From Coriobacteriaceae bacterium (GTDB taxonomy: Bacteria; Actinomycetota; Coriobacteriia; Coriobacteriales; QAMH01), in the NCBI GenBank assembly GCA_021203765.1, contig JAJQAN010000026.1, positions 2,010 to 66,009 of the forward strand: a stretch of DNA of 64,000 nucleotides, written 5' to 3'. This document shows positions 63,409 through 64,000 of the stretch, one piece after another. A program made the position numbers and the translations under genes. Numbering within the stretch: position 1 is the first letter of the stretch; each line of letters begins with the position of its first letter. The notes beneath the pieces are model-generated. The model saw only the letters and a list, made by a program, of their open reading frames with translations. It did no database searches and was not told where the DNA came from.

Positions 63409-63417
63409 ATAATAGCA
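63409..63417 (-). promoter_or_regulatory. Putative extended -10 (TGcTATTAT) upstream of rpsT
   Basis: Minus strand reads cctgTGcTATTATgcg, about 64 nt upstream of ATG 63345. Confidence 0.4.
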
Positions 63418-63450
63418 CAGGCGCGGGACCTGCGAAAGAGTACTTGTCCT

Positions 63451-64000
63451 TTAGGAGTGGTGGCGGTAGTTGAAACGGGAGATGCGCACGCGGGAGGGCA
63501 GGCGGGATGCCCAGGCGGTCCGGACACGGGCGGGGACGACAGGCAGACTGGTCGATGCCTCGGCGCCGGCGGAAAGAGCCGCGGGAAAGACAGAGGTGCG
63601 GACCCACTGGAGGACGGAGGCGGACAGATGGAGACCCTCGTCCTTCATAGCGACGATGATTTTGCCGGTCGCGGCCATGAACGAGGCCTTCTTCTCGTGA
63701 TCCAACTTCGCACCGCTTGAAAGCATGCGGACGACGCTGGTGGGCCTGTGCCGCCTGAACTCGTTCCAGTCCACGGCCTCGGTGCCGCCGAAGACCTCTT
63801 CGACCGCATCGACGAATTCCTGACGCTGGTCCAGGTCGACCTTGTCCATCCAGTTCGCAAAAGTACGACCGACATAGACCGAGCCTTTCTTCAGCTGCTC
63901 GGCAGGCACGAACCCGTCTTCTGAGAGCTCCCAGGAAAAGGGCGTGTGCGACTTGCCGGCGGGGGCGTCCGAATTGACGACGACATAATCGTCGCGATCT
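63451..64000 (-). CDS. Hypothetical protein, N-terminus beyond window end
   Basis: The frame stays open upstream of the track M (63909) to nt 64000 (...DRDDYVVVNSDAPAGKSHTPFSWELSEDGFVPAEQLKKGS...). No motif recognised. The last 40 codons or so are rich in R, S and P and look non-genic, so the true 3' end is uncertain. Confidence 0.4.
   Translation of the reverse strand, partial: DRDDYVVVNSDAPAGKSHTPFSWELSEDGFVPAEQLKKGSVYVGRTFANWMDKVDLDQRQEFVDAVEEVFGGTEAVDWNEFRRHRPTSVVRMLSSGAKLDHEKKASFMAATGKIIVAMKDEGLHLSASVLQWVRTSVFPAALSAGAEASTSLPVVPARVRTAWASRLPSRVRISRFNYRHHS

Overview
This is a 64-kb, high-GC chromosomal segment, roughly 60-65% G+C judged by eye. It is coded almost entirely on the minus strand. 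From gene content and order I infer a Gram-positive, probably anaerobic actinobacterium (Coriobacteriia-like); no search was run to confirm this. The left half (about 1-31.8 kb) is one large locus for a teichoic-acid-type anionic cell-envelope polymer. It holds three separate cytidylyltransferase/reductase modules for CDP-alditol synthesis: a classical tarI-tarJ pair, a cytidylyltransferase plus extended SDR, and a cytidylyltransferase plus Zn-ADH plus GatZ-like enzyme. It also holds four TagF-family phosphotransferases, two of them duplicated GT2-TagF fusions of about 865 aa, plus a further GT2 enzyme and rfbA/rfbC. Acyl-transfer capacity is high: an MBOAT with a DHHW partner and three acyltransferase-3 membrane proteins. 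The most interesting feature is two paralogous cytoplasmic sulfotransferase-like genes in the same minus-strand gene array as cysD-cysNC, which makes PAPS, with no reductive sulfate-assimilation genes visible in the window. I read this as a candidate system for a sulfated, heavily acylated teichoic-acid-like polymer; that reading is inference. The right half is housekeeping: ispG-rseP-dxr-cdsA-uppS-frr-pyrH, efp-pepP-aroQBKC, thyX, xth, rubrerythrin, dnaJ, hemW, dus, lepA and rpsT. Several accessory items interrupt it. One is a lower-GC gene for a secreted Fn3/propeller-like protein with an extreme lysine-rich ribbon, followed by a repeat-rich non-coding stretch of about 300 bp. Another is an orphan solute-binding lipoprotein coupled to a 1033-aa MscS channel carrying two Cache-like ectodomains. 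A third is an unannotated 37-aa rubredoxin-like mini-gene. I saw no rRNA, tRNA, CRISPR array, transposase or integrase. Many ORF-track entries are GC-driven antisense ORFs or over-extended N-termini. I re-set starts where an RBS or overlap logic supported it. All homology statements rest on motif recognition from memory.
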